A DNA stretch of 64,000 nucleotides from a virus: positions 95,511 to 159,510 of the IMG/VR virus record IMGVR_UViG_3300044535_002275. One strand, 5' to 3'. The position numbers were made by a program, and so were the translations under genes. This document shows, piece by piece, positions 26,560 through 36,430 of the stretch (its first letter is position 1; each line of letters opens with the position of its first letter). The notes under the pieces were generated by a model, which was given only the letters and a program-made list of their open reading frames with translations, did not search any database and had not been told where the DNA came from.

Positions 26560-27370
26560 GTTGATGTAGAGAATTTAATTGAGTCACTAACTTTTCTAAT
26601 TGATTAAGCGGTATCATGTTAGGACCGTCACTGGGTGCCGATTCAGGATCTTGGTGTGTTTCAACAAACACTGCCGATACTGATCCAGTTGCTACAGCCG
26701 CCTGGGCCAATGGTGCGACCATCCGACGGTCGCCGCCTGAGCTTGAGCCAAGTGCTCCAGGCTGCTGAACGCTATGTGTTGCATCATAAACCACGGGATA
26801 ACCAGTATGTGCCATAGTAGGTAAACTGCGCATATCGACCACAAGATTATTGTATCCATGTGTGTATCCTCTTTCGCAAAGCATAATTCTTTGATTACCT
26901 GTGGAGGCAATCTTGGCTGCAACATTGGCCATATCTTGTGGAGCAAGAAACTGACCTTTTTTTACATTTACAACACAACCAGTAGCACCAGCAGCTAGCA
27001 GTAAGTCAGTTTGCCGACACAAGAATGCCGGAATTTGTAGGACATCGATGCCAGCATCGGCACAGATCTGTGCTTGATAGCTTTCGTGTATGTCTGTCAA
27101 TACCGGCACACCATACCTGTGTTTGATGCCGTTAAGAATTTTTAAACCCTCATCTATACCAACACCGCGAGGTGTGCCAGCACTGCTTCTATTGGCTTTG
27201 TCGAAGCTGCTTTTGTAGATAAAAGGAATGCTTAAAGGACGAACAATATCTAAAATTGAACCCACTATATGTTGAGCATGCATTTCACTCTCAATTTGAC
27301 AAGGTCCAGCAATCAGCACCAACGGGTTGTTACCACCAATGATCATGCGATTGATTTGGATTGTTTTCAT
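26540..27370 (-). CDS. kdsA: KDO-8-phosphate synthase
   Basis: AGPCQIE, SFDKANRSS, NVKKGQF, DATHSVQ. Confidence 0.95.
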   Translation of the reverse strand: MKTIQINRMIIGGNNPLVLIAGPCQIESEMHAQHIVGSILDIVRPLSIPFIYKSSFDKANRSSAGTPRGVGIDEGLKILNGIKHRYGVPVLTDIHESYQAQICADAGIDVLQIPAFLCRQTDLLLAAGATGCVVNVKKGQFLAPQDMANVAAKIASTGNQRIMLCERGYTHGYNNLVVDMRSLPTMAHTGYPVVYDATHSVQQPGALGSSSGGDRRMVAPLAQAAVATGSVSAVFVETHQDPESAPSDGPNMIPLNQLEKLVTQLNSLHQHVQQFN

Positions 27371-27373
27371 ATA

Positions 27374-27901
27374 TTACCCTTCGTATGTGGCAGAATTTCC
27401 AGCATGTTCAAAAACTTCTACGCTCTTGATACGCACTGATGGATTTAATGGATACCGATGATTTCCATTCTTTAGCAACCAATCCATTTTTTCGTAGCAC
27501 ATTTTGGCAAACAATTCGCAGCCCACTCCTTCTACAATGCGTAGATCACACACACCGCTGCGGCGATATGGTTCAGTTTGCACTCTATTCGGATTTCCGT
27601 CATGCTCTGGATTACTACTCCATCCGGCCATTTCTTTAAATCTATCTAGTAGAGGATCATCGTGTGCAATCACAGTAGTATGATCAAACATATTGTCGGC
27701 CCATGCTTTGAAGTCTTTTAAACCTCCAAAATCCATGCCCCAGTTTTTTTCGTCAAGAGTATCACATTCAAATACCAATTTAATACCAATCGAGTAACCG
27801 TGGAGCAGCGAGCAATGACTGTGTGTGGCACGCCACTGTCTAAAACAGCATGACAGACCTCTATCGTTGCCGTATGTTTTTGTTGAAAGATATTTTGCCA
27901 T
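27374..27901 (-). CDS. queD: 6-carboxytetrahydropterin synthase
   Basis: CSLLHGY, MDFG, FDH. Confidence 0.9.
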   Translation of the reverse strand: MAKYLSTKTYGNDRGLSCCFRQWRATHSHCSLLHGYSIGIKLVFECDTLDEKNWGMDFGGLKDFKAWADNMFDHTTVIAHDDPLLDRFKEMAGWSSNPEHDGNPNRVQTEPYRRSGVCDLRIVEGVGCELFAKMCYEKMDWLLKNGNHRYPLNPSVRIKSVEVFEHAGNSATYEG

Positions 27902-27909
27902 TATGTTTT

Positions 27910-27973
27910 CCTATGTTATAGTATAGCATAGGCAGCAGAGTTTGTATAGCGGGATGAATGCCGGAAGGCCGCT
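27910..27973 (-). promoter_or_regulatory. preQ1-I-like riboswitch candidate with RBS-sequestering hairpin
   Basis: P1 AGCGG/CCGCU, AUACAAA tail, loop-tail pseudoknot pairing; CCUAUG/CAUAGG hairpin over AGGA. Confidence 0.6.
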
Positions 27974-27983
27974 GTAACATTAA

Positions 27984-28715
27984 TTATCTAGGCGCAAAGT
28001 CTTGCTGTAATTTAATATTATCAAAAAACTCTTTTTTGACCCCAGGATCGGTACCAAACACACCTTTAAGCACTGTGGTCTGTGTCAAACTTGAGTGTGC
28101 CATAATACCGCGATTCTCGCAGCAACCGTGTGTAGCTTGAATGTAAACGCCGACATTCTCGCTATCAGTGGCTCGCATTATTTCTCTTGCAATATCGTTG
28201 CAGAGTTCTTCTTGCAAAGTACCACGGCGAGCACACCACTGAGCAATCCTAGTATACTTAGATAGCCCGATAAGTTTATTTGCGGCAATAATTCCAATGT
28301 AGGCAACACCGCTAACAGGCTGATGATGGTGACTACACATACTGCGCAACTCACTGCGCACAACCAACATACCTTCATATCTATCCTCGCTATCATTGGG
28401 AAACGCTGTGGCATCAGGAGCAGGTTCATATCGACCAGACATGATTTCGTACACATACATCTTGGCCAATCTACGTGCTGTGCCTTGACTGTTGGGATCT
28501 GTGACTGTATCAATGACCAGGCTTTGTAGCACATCTTCGAACTTGAGTGTGAGTTCGTCTACTAGTTGAGTTTTTTCTTCTTTTGTGATGTGTGCTGAAA
28601 TGTTGTCTCCCGCCCAGTATCTGACCTTACCTGCTTCTAAGCGTTGGCGAATCACTTGTGATAAATGTTTTTCTTGCATTGTATTTCTCCGAGTTATAGG
28701 GTCGAGGATGACCAA
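27984..28715 (-). CDS. folE: GTP cyclohydrolase I
   Basis: SMCSHHH, IGLSKY, LQEEL, HGCCENRG; start may be 28679. Confidence 0.95.
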   Translation of the reverse strand: MVILDPITRRNTMQEKHLSQVIRQRLEAGKVRYWAGDNISAHITKEEKTQLVDELTLKFEDVLQSLVIDTVTDPNSQGTARRLAKMYVYEIMSGRYEPAPDATAFPNDSEDRYEGMLVVRSELRSMCSHHHQPVSGVAYIGIIAANKLIGLSKYTRIAQWCARRGTLQEELCNDIAREIMRATDSENVGVYIQATHGCCENRGIMAHSSLTQTTVLKGVFGTDPGVKKEFFDNIKLQQDFAPR

Positions 28716-28724
28716 TCATACTGT

Positions 28725-28753
28725 AGTATACAGTTTATTTAGACCTAAGTCAA
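28725..28753 (-). promoter_or_regulatory. sigma70 promoter
   Basis: TTGACT-17-TATACT. Confidence 0.65.
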
Positions 28754-29338
28754 TTAGATAAAGTAAAATTTTCGTAAATCAGGATAGACTTGTTGTGTAA
28801 CGGTTTTGGTTATTTTGTCTAAGCTCTCTAGTCCCTTAGCACAATCTTCTAGCGTGGGACAATAGTGATAGCCGGCGGCAAAATACTCTTGTTGGGTCCA
28901 TGGAGAAACACGCAAATCACGCCCATCGCTGCGTTGTTGGCTCATGGTATTGTATGCAACAATATCATCTAATAACACAGCACCTACTCGTCCCAACTGC
29001 AAGGGTTTGCCGTTGCCGAAACTGACACACTGCATCTGTCCAGGCCGATACATGCCCGGCGTTAAGCGTCTGGCACTGTCCCAAATCCTAGTGCCGTGAA
29101 ATTGGTATTCACCTTGTTCCGACCATACATCGTCGTTGAGCATGTATTTGATACCCAATTGCCGCATCAATTGCGGAACACTGAGATAAGTGAACGCTGA
29201 GAATTCTGTAGCTGTGACACGATCGTATCGCATACACAGTTCGATTGCATGTGTGCAACAATCGGTTAAGACCACATAAGGTGCTCCGGTGTACACAGAT
29301 AACCGGCGTTCAAACTCAAACAGCGTATCAAATGTCAT
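28754..29338 (-). CDS. short DegT/DnrJ-like PLP aminotransferase
   Basis: DCCTHAIEL, WDSA, SFGNGKPL. Confidence 0.8.
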   Translation of the reverse strand: MTFDTLFEFERRLSVYTGAPYVVLTDCCTHAIELCMRYDRVTATEFSAFTYLSVPQLMRQLGIKYMLNDDVWSEQGEYQFHGTRIWDSARRLTPGMYRPGQMQCVSFGNGKPLQLGRVGAVLLDDIVAYNTMSQQRSDGRDLRVSPWTQQEYFAAGYHYCPTLEDCAKGLESLDKITKTVTQQVYPDLRKFYFI

Positions 29339-30285
29339 CGACTGTACCAGGCCCATGCATGAGTTAACATGTCGTTGAGCGTGTACTGAGGCTGCCATCC
29401 TGTGGCCGATTTAAATCGATCGGCACTGGCAGTAAGTTCTGCCGGATCACCGGGTCTAGCAGCACCAGTGCTGATTGCAGGATGAACACCTGTTATTTCT
29501 TCAACTGCTGCAATAACTTCTTTGTTGCTGATGCCTTGCAAGTTACCGAGATTATAGATTCCTGTCGCACTTTTTTCAACTGCCAATAAGTGTGCTTCGG
29601 CAAGATCCTCAACATGGATATAGTCTCTGACACAGGTGCCATCGTTTGTGGGATAGTCAGTACCATATAGAACAAATTCAGAACCTGTTCTAACACTTTC
29701 TAACAAGCGACTCATAATGTGAGTGCCACCTGCAGCATTGCCGTGACGTCCCTGAGGATCGGCGCCAGCTACGTTAAAATATCTAAATGCAGTAAACTGT
29801 TGATGATAAGCATGGTAATATGATTTCAGCAAGAACTCTACCATAAGTTTACTTTCGCCGTAAGGGCTAATAGGAAAGGTAGGATCTTCTTCACTAACTG
29901 GAACCATGACAGGTTCGCCATACACTGCTGCGCTACTACTAAAAATAACTTGTATATCGGTCAATCGATTGGCTTTAAGGTAATCCAATAACTGTTTGGT
30001 CTTGACAAAATTATTTTCGTAGTAGATATCAGGATCTGTAACACTGGGTCCAACCAAACTGGTTCCAGCACAGTGTACTATAGCCACAGGCTCGGATCTA
30101 GCAATCATATGCAGACAATTGGTATCTACAAAATCAGTTTGCCAGTTTTCATCGGCAATTCCTTCCAAGTGAGTTGGAATAGTTCTGCGATCAATGCCAA
30201 TGACTCGATAGCCTGCTGCCTTAAATCTCAATACTGTTTGACCGCCAATGAATCCAGCAGCTCCGGTTACTATCACTGTTTTCAT
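29335..30285 (-). CDS. galE: UDP-glucose 4-epimerase
   Basis: TGAAGFIG, FSSSAAVYG, YGESK, RDYIHV. Confidence 0.93.
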   Translation of the reverse strand: MKTVIVTGAAGFIGGQTVLRFKAAGYRVIGIDRRTIPTHLEGIADENWQTDFVDTNCLHMIARSEPVAIVHCAGTSLVGPSVTDPDIYYENNFVKTKQLLDYLKANRLTDIQVIFSSSAAVYGEPVMVPVSEEDPTFPISPYGESKLMVEFLLKSYYHAYHQQFTAFRYFNVAGADPQGRHGNAAGGTHIMSRLLESVRTGSEFVLYGTDYPTNDGTCVRDYIHVEDLAEAHLLAVEKSATGIYNLGNLQGISNKEVIAAVEEITGVHPAISTGAARPGDPAELTASADRFKSATGWQPQYTLNDMLTHAWAWYSR

Positions 30286-31493
30286 TGATGTTCCTTGTCT
30301 TTTCTTGCATGATACTTGGGCTGGCTTACATGGTCTCTATAACGATTACCGGCGCGATTCCACTGTTCACCTTTGCCTTGTAAAATATCAACGATCCGAT
30401 CAACAGTGCTGTTAGTCCAGTCACTGATTAAACCCATGTTGTGATGCGGCTGCGACAACAACATCTGCATCTTGTGATAAGCATCATCTATGGACCAAGG
30501 AATATACAATCTTTGAGGATCGTCTGCAAAAGTTTCAGGAAAACTGCGATATGCAGGATATAAAACATTACAACCAAGAGTGTCAGCTTCGCTGACTGTG
30601 TTAGAAACCCAATCCTGTAATGCACAATTGAATAACACACGGCTGTCATTGAGCAAATTGTAGTAATCGTTTTTCTTGAGATTTTCGTAAATTGTTAGAC
30701 GCCCTTCGCTTTGCATTCTACGAGCACGGTCAACGTACTCAGGATTATTACTACGAAGTGGACCACCGGACAATACAGCAAACTCACATGGTTCAGAAGT
30801 CAATTGACTGTACATGTCAATGAGATCCATAAAGAAACCCGGTTGTTTTTCTTGGTCAAATCTAGCAGCAAATACAACTCGACGTTTACGTTCTGCCCAA
30901 GGACGGATATTTCCGATACCGCCGATGCGTTCTAACACTTCCTCTTTTCCAAATGCAAGACCTGAGATGTTGTAGATAGGAGCTGTCCACCCTGCAATAC
31001 GCATGTGAGCGACCATTTCTTCATTGGTGGCCAGCACATGAACATTAGGAATCTGATTTACCATGCGTTCATAAGTTGACATCCAGCCAGCCATGCCCCA
31101 TACATGTACAAAATCATCAGGATCAATTGCTTGAGCCAAACAACGTACATAGATCTGCGGGCGAAGATTTTCTGGAACCTGATCCATGATGTAAGGCAAG
31201 CTTTCAATGCCGGGTTGAAACATATCCTCAAAGTAAACAACATCTTGGCTGGTTACTTCGCCGTTGCGCATCATTTGAACCAGATTCATCATCTGACTCA
31301 TTGAAAAATAGCTGCGGCCGTGTGCGTCTAAAACTTGCCCCACTGAAATGCTTTGACTGTCGTCAATGGTCGAACCCGGCACATATACAACATCAAGTCC
31401 CTGTCGATCAAAAACACGACGGTTCCATTCTGTTAGTTGCAGAGTGTATCGAGCTTCGTACGACTCTAGTCCCATGTAAAATAGTTTACGCAT
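30282..31493 (-). CDS. GT-B fold glycosyltransferase
   Basis: FAARFDQEKQP, NTVSEADTLGC, PAYRSFPE. Confidence 0.75.
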   Translation of the reverse strand: MRKLFYMGLESYEARYTLQLTEWNRRVFDRQGLDVVYVPGSTIDDSQSISVGQVLDAHGRSYFSMSQMMNLVQMMRNGEVTSQDVVYFEDMFQPGIESLPYIMDQVPENLRPQIYVRCLAQAIDPDDFVHVWGMAGWMSTYERMVNQIPNVHVLATNEEMVAHMRIAGWTAPIYNISGLAFGKEEVLERIGGIGNIRPWAERKRRVVFAARFDQEKQPGFFMDLIDMYSQLTSEPCEFAVLSGGPLRSNNPEYVDRARRMQSEGRLTIYENLKKNDYYNLLNDSRVLFNCALQDWVSNTVSEADTLGCNVLYPAYRSFPETFADDPQRLYIPWSIDDAYHKMQMLLSQPHHNMGLISDWTNSTVDRIVDILQGKGEQWNRAGNRYRDHVSQPKYHARKDKEHQ

Positions 31494-31495
31494 AA

Positions 31496-31708
31496 TTAGC
31501 GAACCCTGGGTGCGTCTTGCATCCACATGTCTTTGACATGTTTACCCTGCAGTCTTTTATTAAACTGTTGGAAAGCATAGCTTTTCCAGTTGTAAAGATC
31601 TGCTTCGTTATAGCGATATCCGTAGTCCCGACAAAATTCAAGATACAGTTCAAGGTCATCAAAAATTTGTTGAACTTTAGGATTGGACTTAATAGTTAGC
31701 TTAGCCAT
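31496..31708 (-). CDS. hypothetical protein
   Basis: AAGGA RBS. Confidence 0.75.
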   Translation of the reverse strand: MAKLTIKSNPKVQQIFDDLELYLEFCRDYGYRYNEADLYNWKSYAFQQFNKRLQGKHVKDMWMQDAPRVR

Positions 31709-32354
31709 ATATTTTCCTTGCGTGATTACAATTGTAGTGAGGTAAATTAAAATTGCTCTCCCACCATAAGGTATGGTAGTGTTGAGCTCGTGTTATATCT
31801 ATGTTGATATTTAGATAATTGTTCCAGGTATCAATTAATTTTGATTCTGTTAAGTTTGGGTGCCATGCACATTGTATGCTTGTAGTTAGCACATCATTGC
31901 TGATAAAGTAAGTATTGTACAAAGGAGGTTGGTAAAGATACGGTTGTTCTTCGTCGAGATAGTATGGATGCCCGCTGGTTCCTCCCAGCCGTTCTTGTCT
32001 TTCAAAAAGAAGTTTACGGTCTACATCGGTGTCTATAGTAATAATAATATATTTTTTGTTTTTGATCAAGTTTAATTCGTTGCGAAACGGGGCAAGTTCT
32101 CCAAAATGCCCGTGTATGATCCAATTTTTTTCAGGCTCTGCAGAAATATTTTCAAATAGATATTTGTGTACATTTCTACCGCCGGTGCTATGCACAGTTC
32201 CAACTGGCTGAGAATCCGAAACCGGAGCATGCGCATGTTCGTATACTTCAGAATTAAGATCTCCGCTGTTGGCAAAGGATTGATCCAGACACAGTAAATT
32301 TTTAAAATGATTGCCACCGGCCATTGGTGGATACGATATAATTACAGCTGGCAT
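31701..32354 (-). CDS. hypothetical protein (sulfotransferase-like N-terminus)
   Basis: YPPMAGGNHF. Confidence 0.6.
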   Translation of the reverse strand: MPAVIISYPPMAGGNHFKNLLCLDQSFANSGDLNSEVYEHAHAPVSDSQPVGTVHSTGGRNVHKYLFENISAEPEKNWIIHGHFGELAPFRNELNLIKNKKYIIITIDTDVDRKLLFERQERLGGTSGHPYYLDEEQPYLYQPPLYNTYFISNDVLTTSIQCAWHPNLTESKLIDTWNNYLNINIDITRAQHYHTLWWESNFNLPHYNCNHARKIYG

Positions 32355-32815
32355 TATACTGAAACTTTCTGAGATTGATGAGTTTCATATTTAATCAAGC
32401 AACCGTTTTCACCATCTTCGGCTACTTCTATCCAGACACTACGTCCAGGATATCTGTTGGCAATCTGCAGGTACAGATCGTCGGCAATCATTTCGCATGA
32501 TTTGAAATCTAAACTTAAAACGGAACTTGTATTATTGGAACCGGTGGCACGGAAAAGGTTCTCCAGCCAGCGTTTGAATTGGATGAATTCGATATCTCGG
32601 TCATTGTGGAATACATCGATCCACACCCGGAAATGAAAGATGTGACGATGAGGATAACCCAAAAACGATACATCATATTCATCTCCTGTGGCTAACATGG
32701 GGTCTGTCAAGGCCGCAGGATATTTATGGATACCTTCGCGATGAAAAGTTATCCAAATTTTTCGTTCGGCTCGAGACATAATACGATCGACTTGTTCACG
32801 TTCTTGTTGATTCAT
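32354..32815 (-). CDS. dpdL: QueD paralog, DpdL-like decarboxylase
   Basis: LGYPHRHIF replaces QueD CxxxHGH; SCEMIA, EDGENG. Confidence 0.7.
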   Translation of the reverse strand: MNQQEREQVDRIMSRAERKIWITFHREGIHKYPAALTDPMLATGDEYDVSFLGYPHRHIFHFRVWIDVFHNDRDIEFIQFKRWLENLFRATGSNNTSSVLSLDFKSCEMIADDLYLQIANRYPGRSVWIEVAEDGENGCLIKYETHQSQKVSV

Positions 32816-32824
32816 GTAATTTCC

Positions 32825-33400
32825 TTAATTGAATAATTGTTTAAATGTATCTCTTGATCCCGAAATGTTATGAATCTTTTTCATGGCAGAGTTAGTAATT
32901 CGCATACGATACGAGTTGGGATGACCGTATCCGTCAAATATTACCCATCCGTTGACAGATTTAATTTCTTTGTCTCGAACATTGTTTAACAGTTGGTTGC
33001 GACAATCGTTGTAGCCCTCGGAAAGTTTTTGTTGAATTATATCAATGTCCATATCAATCAACTGAACACTTGATACTTCTAAAAAGTCCGGATCGTATGT
33101 CACTTGATTTTGATTTTGAACTTTGTGTCGATAACGAGTATCGTTAAAGTTGGGAGTGTCGATGATATCAACAATGGTCATCGAACCAACAGTGTGATGT
33201 GCGTGACTGCCTTTCTTCCTGCTTTTATTGTCGACACCATAATCTGGCATGTCCACAAGACCAGTTTTGTCAACTTTATGACCCTTTTGCTGCATTAGAT
33301 AATCAACGAAGTTCCCGACATCGCTATCATTTGACGCCATTGGAACTGATGTTCCTACAGTTATATTATTTTTAATAGTTTTAACTCGTGGTTTTTTCAT
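32825..33400 (-). CDS. hypothetical protein, possible PD-(D/E)xK nuclease
   Basis: G..VD helix, then VD...VDNK. Confidence 0.5.
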   Translation of the reverse strand: MKKPRVKTIKNNITVGTSVPMASNDSDVGNFVDYLMQQKGHKVDKTGLVDMPDYGVDNKSRKKGSHAHHTVGSMTIVDIIDTPNFNDTRYRHKVQNQNQVTYDPDFLEVSSVQLIDMDIDIIQQKLSEGYNDCRNQLLNNVRDKEIKSVNGWVIFDGYGHPNSYRMRITNSAMKKIHNISGSRDTFKQLFN

Positions 33401-33918
33401 TTGATTACTATGTCCTGTTTGTATTGAGACCAATCTGTAAATTTATTTCTATCCAATAAGTCATGTAGATGATGACACCATACTCCGGGATTAGATTTAG
33501 AAAAATCTACATCATCTAATTTAATTGTAGCATTATACCCCAATTGTTGTAAATAGGGCAGCTTGACTGAAATCATTGGGATGAACATCGGATGTTCAGT
33601 CAAGCCGGACTCTAGCAGCCCTTCAACTTGGTCAACATCGACATCTAATGTGCACCAGTATCCTTGATTAAGGCAAGCAAAAATCATACCAGACCACAGA
33701 TCCCAAATTTGAGCATTGTTGGCTATACCTTTAGGAAAGCTTTGGTTAGCGCCAAAATACACATGCTGGATACCGTCGGGGTTAAGTCGCAAGTGATATT
33801 CAATATCGTCAATGGGCTGCACATCTACCACAAACAAAGTATTCATGTTATAAGCAGGTGTGTGTTCTACTTCGATTCCGGTAAAGAATCGCACATTTTG
33901 GTGGTCTTGTCTATTCAT
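33397..33918 (-). CDS. hypothetical protein coupled to dpdA
   Basis: FTGIEVEHT, HVYFGANQSF. Confidence 0.75.
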   Translation of the reverse strand: MNRQDHQNVRFFTGIEVEHTPAYNMNTLFVVDVQPIDDIEYHLRLNPDGIQHVYFGANQSFPKGIANNAQIWDLWSGMIFACLNQGYWCTLDVDVDQVEGLLESGLTEHPMFIPMISVKLPYLQQLGYNATIKLDDVDFSKSNPGVWCHHLHDLLDRNKFTDWSQYKQDIVIK

Positions 33919-33925
33919 CAGTATT

Positions 33926-35626
33926 TTAATCGTTGACAGTGTTTTCTAATTGGTCTAGTAATTCTTCATCGAACTCAGCGGTTTCGATTTCTTCGTCTTC
34001 TGTATCAAATAAGTTATTGAACATGACCCGGGAATTTACAGCTCTGGGTCCAGTAAAACCTCTAGTTCCAATTACTCTTTCCCATACTTTAGCATGATCT
34101 TTAATAATTTGCAAGCTGGTCTGGCGATCTTTAGCAGAAAAAACCTTATCAATAATTCGTACAATATCTAGATCCGAATCAAGCGGATGTACCATCATGT
34201 CCGGACATTGCCCTGAATCAAAAACACGATTTGCACGTTGTACAGCTTCGATATGCATCCAAACATTATGTCCCATCAGTAGTGCATAGCTAAAGCTATC
34301 CCAAGAAGTTTTTCCTTCTTTTCCTACCTTATTCAGCATGCCAGGAGCATAGTGACAAATGTCTGAAATTTTCAATCGGCTGCTAATCGGACTGTCTTCA
34401 AATCCGGGATGTATAACTGTATTAGCTTTGCTGTTTGCTTTATCTTGTCTAACAACATCACCAAACAAACGATTGTCAGTGGCGTACTTTTTGTTATCAG
34501 CTGTGGGACTCATTTGATAACTCCACTTTGATCGATTCTCTGTAGTGATGTTATGATACAATTGTCCGTTGGCTGTGGCCAAGAATGGACTGGCACAATC
34601 AAAGCTAATAGTAAATGTAGGATTGTGATAACGCCTAACGCTGCGTTGAATAGCAGTCAATAGCACAGCCCATTCAAGTTTACTTGTGCCCAAGAAATGC
34701 ATCCAATCCTGTACACCGGACTCTAATAATCCATCATGTATTAAATGTACCAAGCGTTTTAATATCAATTCAACATCGCACATGTTCTGACCTCCCATGC
34801 CCCAGCCGTTGAAGTGTTTTTCGTATTTTTTCGGATCGCAATAATCCTTCATTGTTTGATACCAACGCTCTGCTTCGTCGTGATCACCGCCCTGCAATAC
34901 ATTTAAAATTTTAGTATCGCCATATCTGTTGGCAATCCAATATTCGTTGTTGTATTTGGTTGCATTGACAGCATCGTCGTAGCTGGTAATACCAGAAGCT
35001 GCAGATGCTTTGGGATCACGGAAAGTCCAAGTTGGAATATCCATTGTCATGCCATACGTAGCTATGCCCATTTGCCATTTGAGCACAGTCTCTCTCATTT
35101 TTTTTGCAGCATCTAATTTGGCTTGATATTCTTTGACATGATCGATTTTAATAAATTTTGGCTTGCCATTCTTGTCAAATTTTTGATTGCCAGCATCGTC
35201 TAGTAACGGTTTTAATTCAATACCCTTGGCCACAGCTTCTGCCATTAGTGCAGCAACTTCAGGACTGCTGGGATCCTTCCATTCTCCGGGCCATACTCCT
35301 TTGGCAATCTGGAACCCTCCTGAGTCAGCTAACATAATAGTATTGGGATCTCTATTACGAATCATATCCTCGCGAGGATCCGGCTTTGCTAAATCCAAGT
35401 TAGCATGCCCTGCTGAGTACAGACTCCAACGATATGGGAATAGTCCTTCTTGGGAATTCAACCAGTTAAGTTGCTCCATGTTAGGAATTCCAGCAGGCAT
35501 ACGAGACTGTTCTACATACTCACTGGTTCGTTGACGTCCTACATAATTGGCATAAAAACTACTGAGTGCCGGTAAGAAAATAGCATAGTCTTGTTGCTTG
35601 TCTGTTAAGTTATCTTGTTCGTTCAT
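33926..35626 (-). CDS. dpdA: TGT-fold 7-deazaguanine transglycosylase (DpdA-like)
   Basis: ADSGGFQ, MDIP, NVLQG, HFLG, SFDCAS; folE/queD/queE nearby. Confidence 0.75.
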   Translation of the reverse strand: MNEQDNLTDKQQDYAIFLPALSSFYANYVGRQRTSEYVEQSRMPAGIPNMEQLNWLNSQEGLFPYRWSLYSAGHANLDLAKPDPREDMIRNRDPNTIMLADSGGFQIAKGVWPGEWKDPSSPEVAALMAEAVAKGIELKPLLDDAGNQKFDKNGKPKFIKIDHVKEYQAKLDAAKKMRETVLKWQMGIATYGMTMDIPTWTFRDPKASAASGITSYDDAVNATKYNNEYWIANRYGDTKILNVLQGGDHDEAERWYQTMKDYCDPKKYEKHFNGWGMGGQNMCDVELILKRLVHLIHDGLLESGVQDWMHFLGTSKLEWAVLLTAIQRSVRRYHNPTFTISFDCASPFLATANGQLYHNITTENRSKWSYQMSPTADNKKYATDNRLFGDVVRQDKANSKANTVIHPGFEDSPISSRLKISDICHYAPGMLNKVGKEGKTSWDSFSYALLMGHNVWMHIEAVQRANRVFDSGQCPDMMVHPLDSDLDIVRIIDKVFSAKDRQTSLQIIKDHAKVWERVIGTRGFTGPRAVNSRVMFNNLFDTEDEEIETAEFDEELLDQLENTVND

Positions 35627-35695
35627 TCGGTTTCCTTTTCCTGCGGGCACAATTTCTTTATAATTTCCAACTGTTCCTAAACTGCTCCAGAGATT

Positions 35696-36430
35696 TCACG
35701 GTCTAGTACTTGCTGTAGATTCAAACAGCACATCATAAAAAAATGTCAGCGAATCTGATTTTTCTACTGTGCGATAAGCATCGATAACTGCTTTATCGAT
35801 GTACTTAGGATTTGCCCACCAGTCTTCGAAATAAATTTCAAACTCGGGATTAAATCTGCGATGCACCGGTAGGGCAATGTCGCCGGCAATCATAACGTAA
35901 CCAGCTTTTTCTAATAATTCTCTACCGATATTTCTTGCATCCTGGCTTTCGCCGTTGTTGTCCCAAGCATCATGTTCGTAAGTGATTAATCCAAACTCTT
36001 GAGTCTTTAAAACAGATGTCAATACCGAAAGATTAGCACTGGGCGGCGCAATATCAATTTGCAAATAATCAAAGTAATCAGGAAGTATAGAATAATCATA
36101 TTCTGTAGCATTGGCAGTGATTAATTGAGAGTTAGGTCTGTGCATACCCCACATTTTAGCATATTCAGCACCGCCTGGTAAATCCATGCTAACGCCAGAC
36201 CAACCTAGCAATTTTTCCAAAAGCCAGGTATTGTTCTCTCTATAATCGTCATTACAGCCGATTTCTAAAAAAGTTCCTTCTCGCTTGCCTTGAGTGAGTG
36301 CTATTACAAATAAATCTTGACCTGCTTCGCTTTGTCTACCACACAGCATCTCGGGATGAAAATTGTTAATAAGATATTTAAATTTTGATCCGCTCACTGT
36401 TTCAGTCGCTCCATGGTCAAGATACGACAA
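35696..36430 (-). CDS. FkbM-like methyltransferase
   Basis: SEAGQDLF, FLEIG, NNTWLLE, YLQIDI. Confidence 0.8.
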   Translation of the reverse strand: MSYLDHGATETVSGSKFKYLINNFHPEMLCGRQSEAGQDLFVIALTQGKREGTFLEIGCNDDYRENNTWLLEKLLGWSGVSMDLPGGAEYAKMWGMHRPNSQLITANATEYDYSILPDYFDYLQIDIAPPSANLSVLTSVLKTQEFGLITYEHDAWDNNGESQDARNIGRELLEKAGYVMIAGDIALPVHRRFNPEFEIYFEDWWANPKYIDKAVIDAYRTVEKSDSLTFFYDVLFESTASTRP

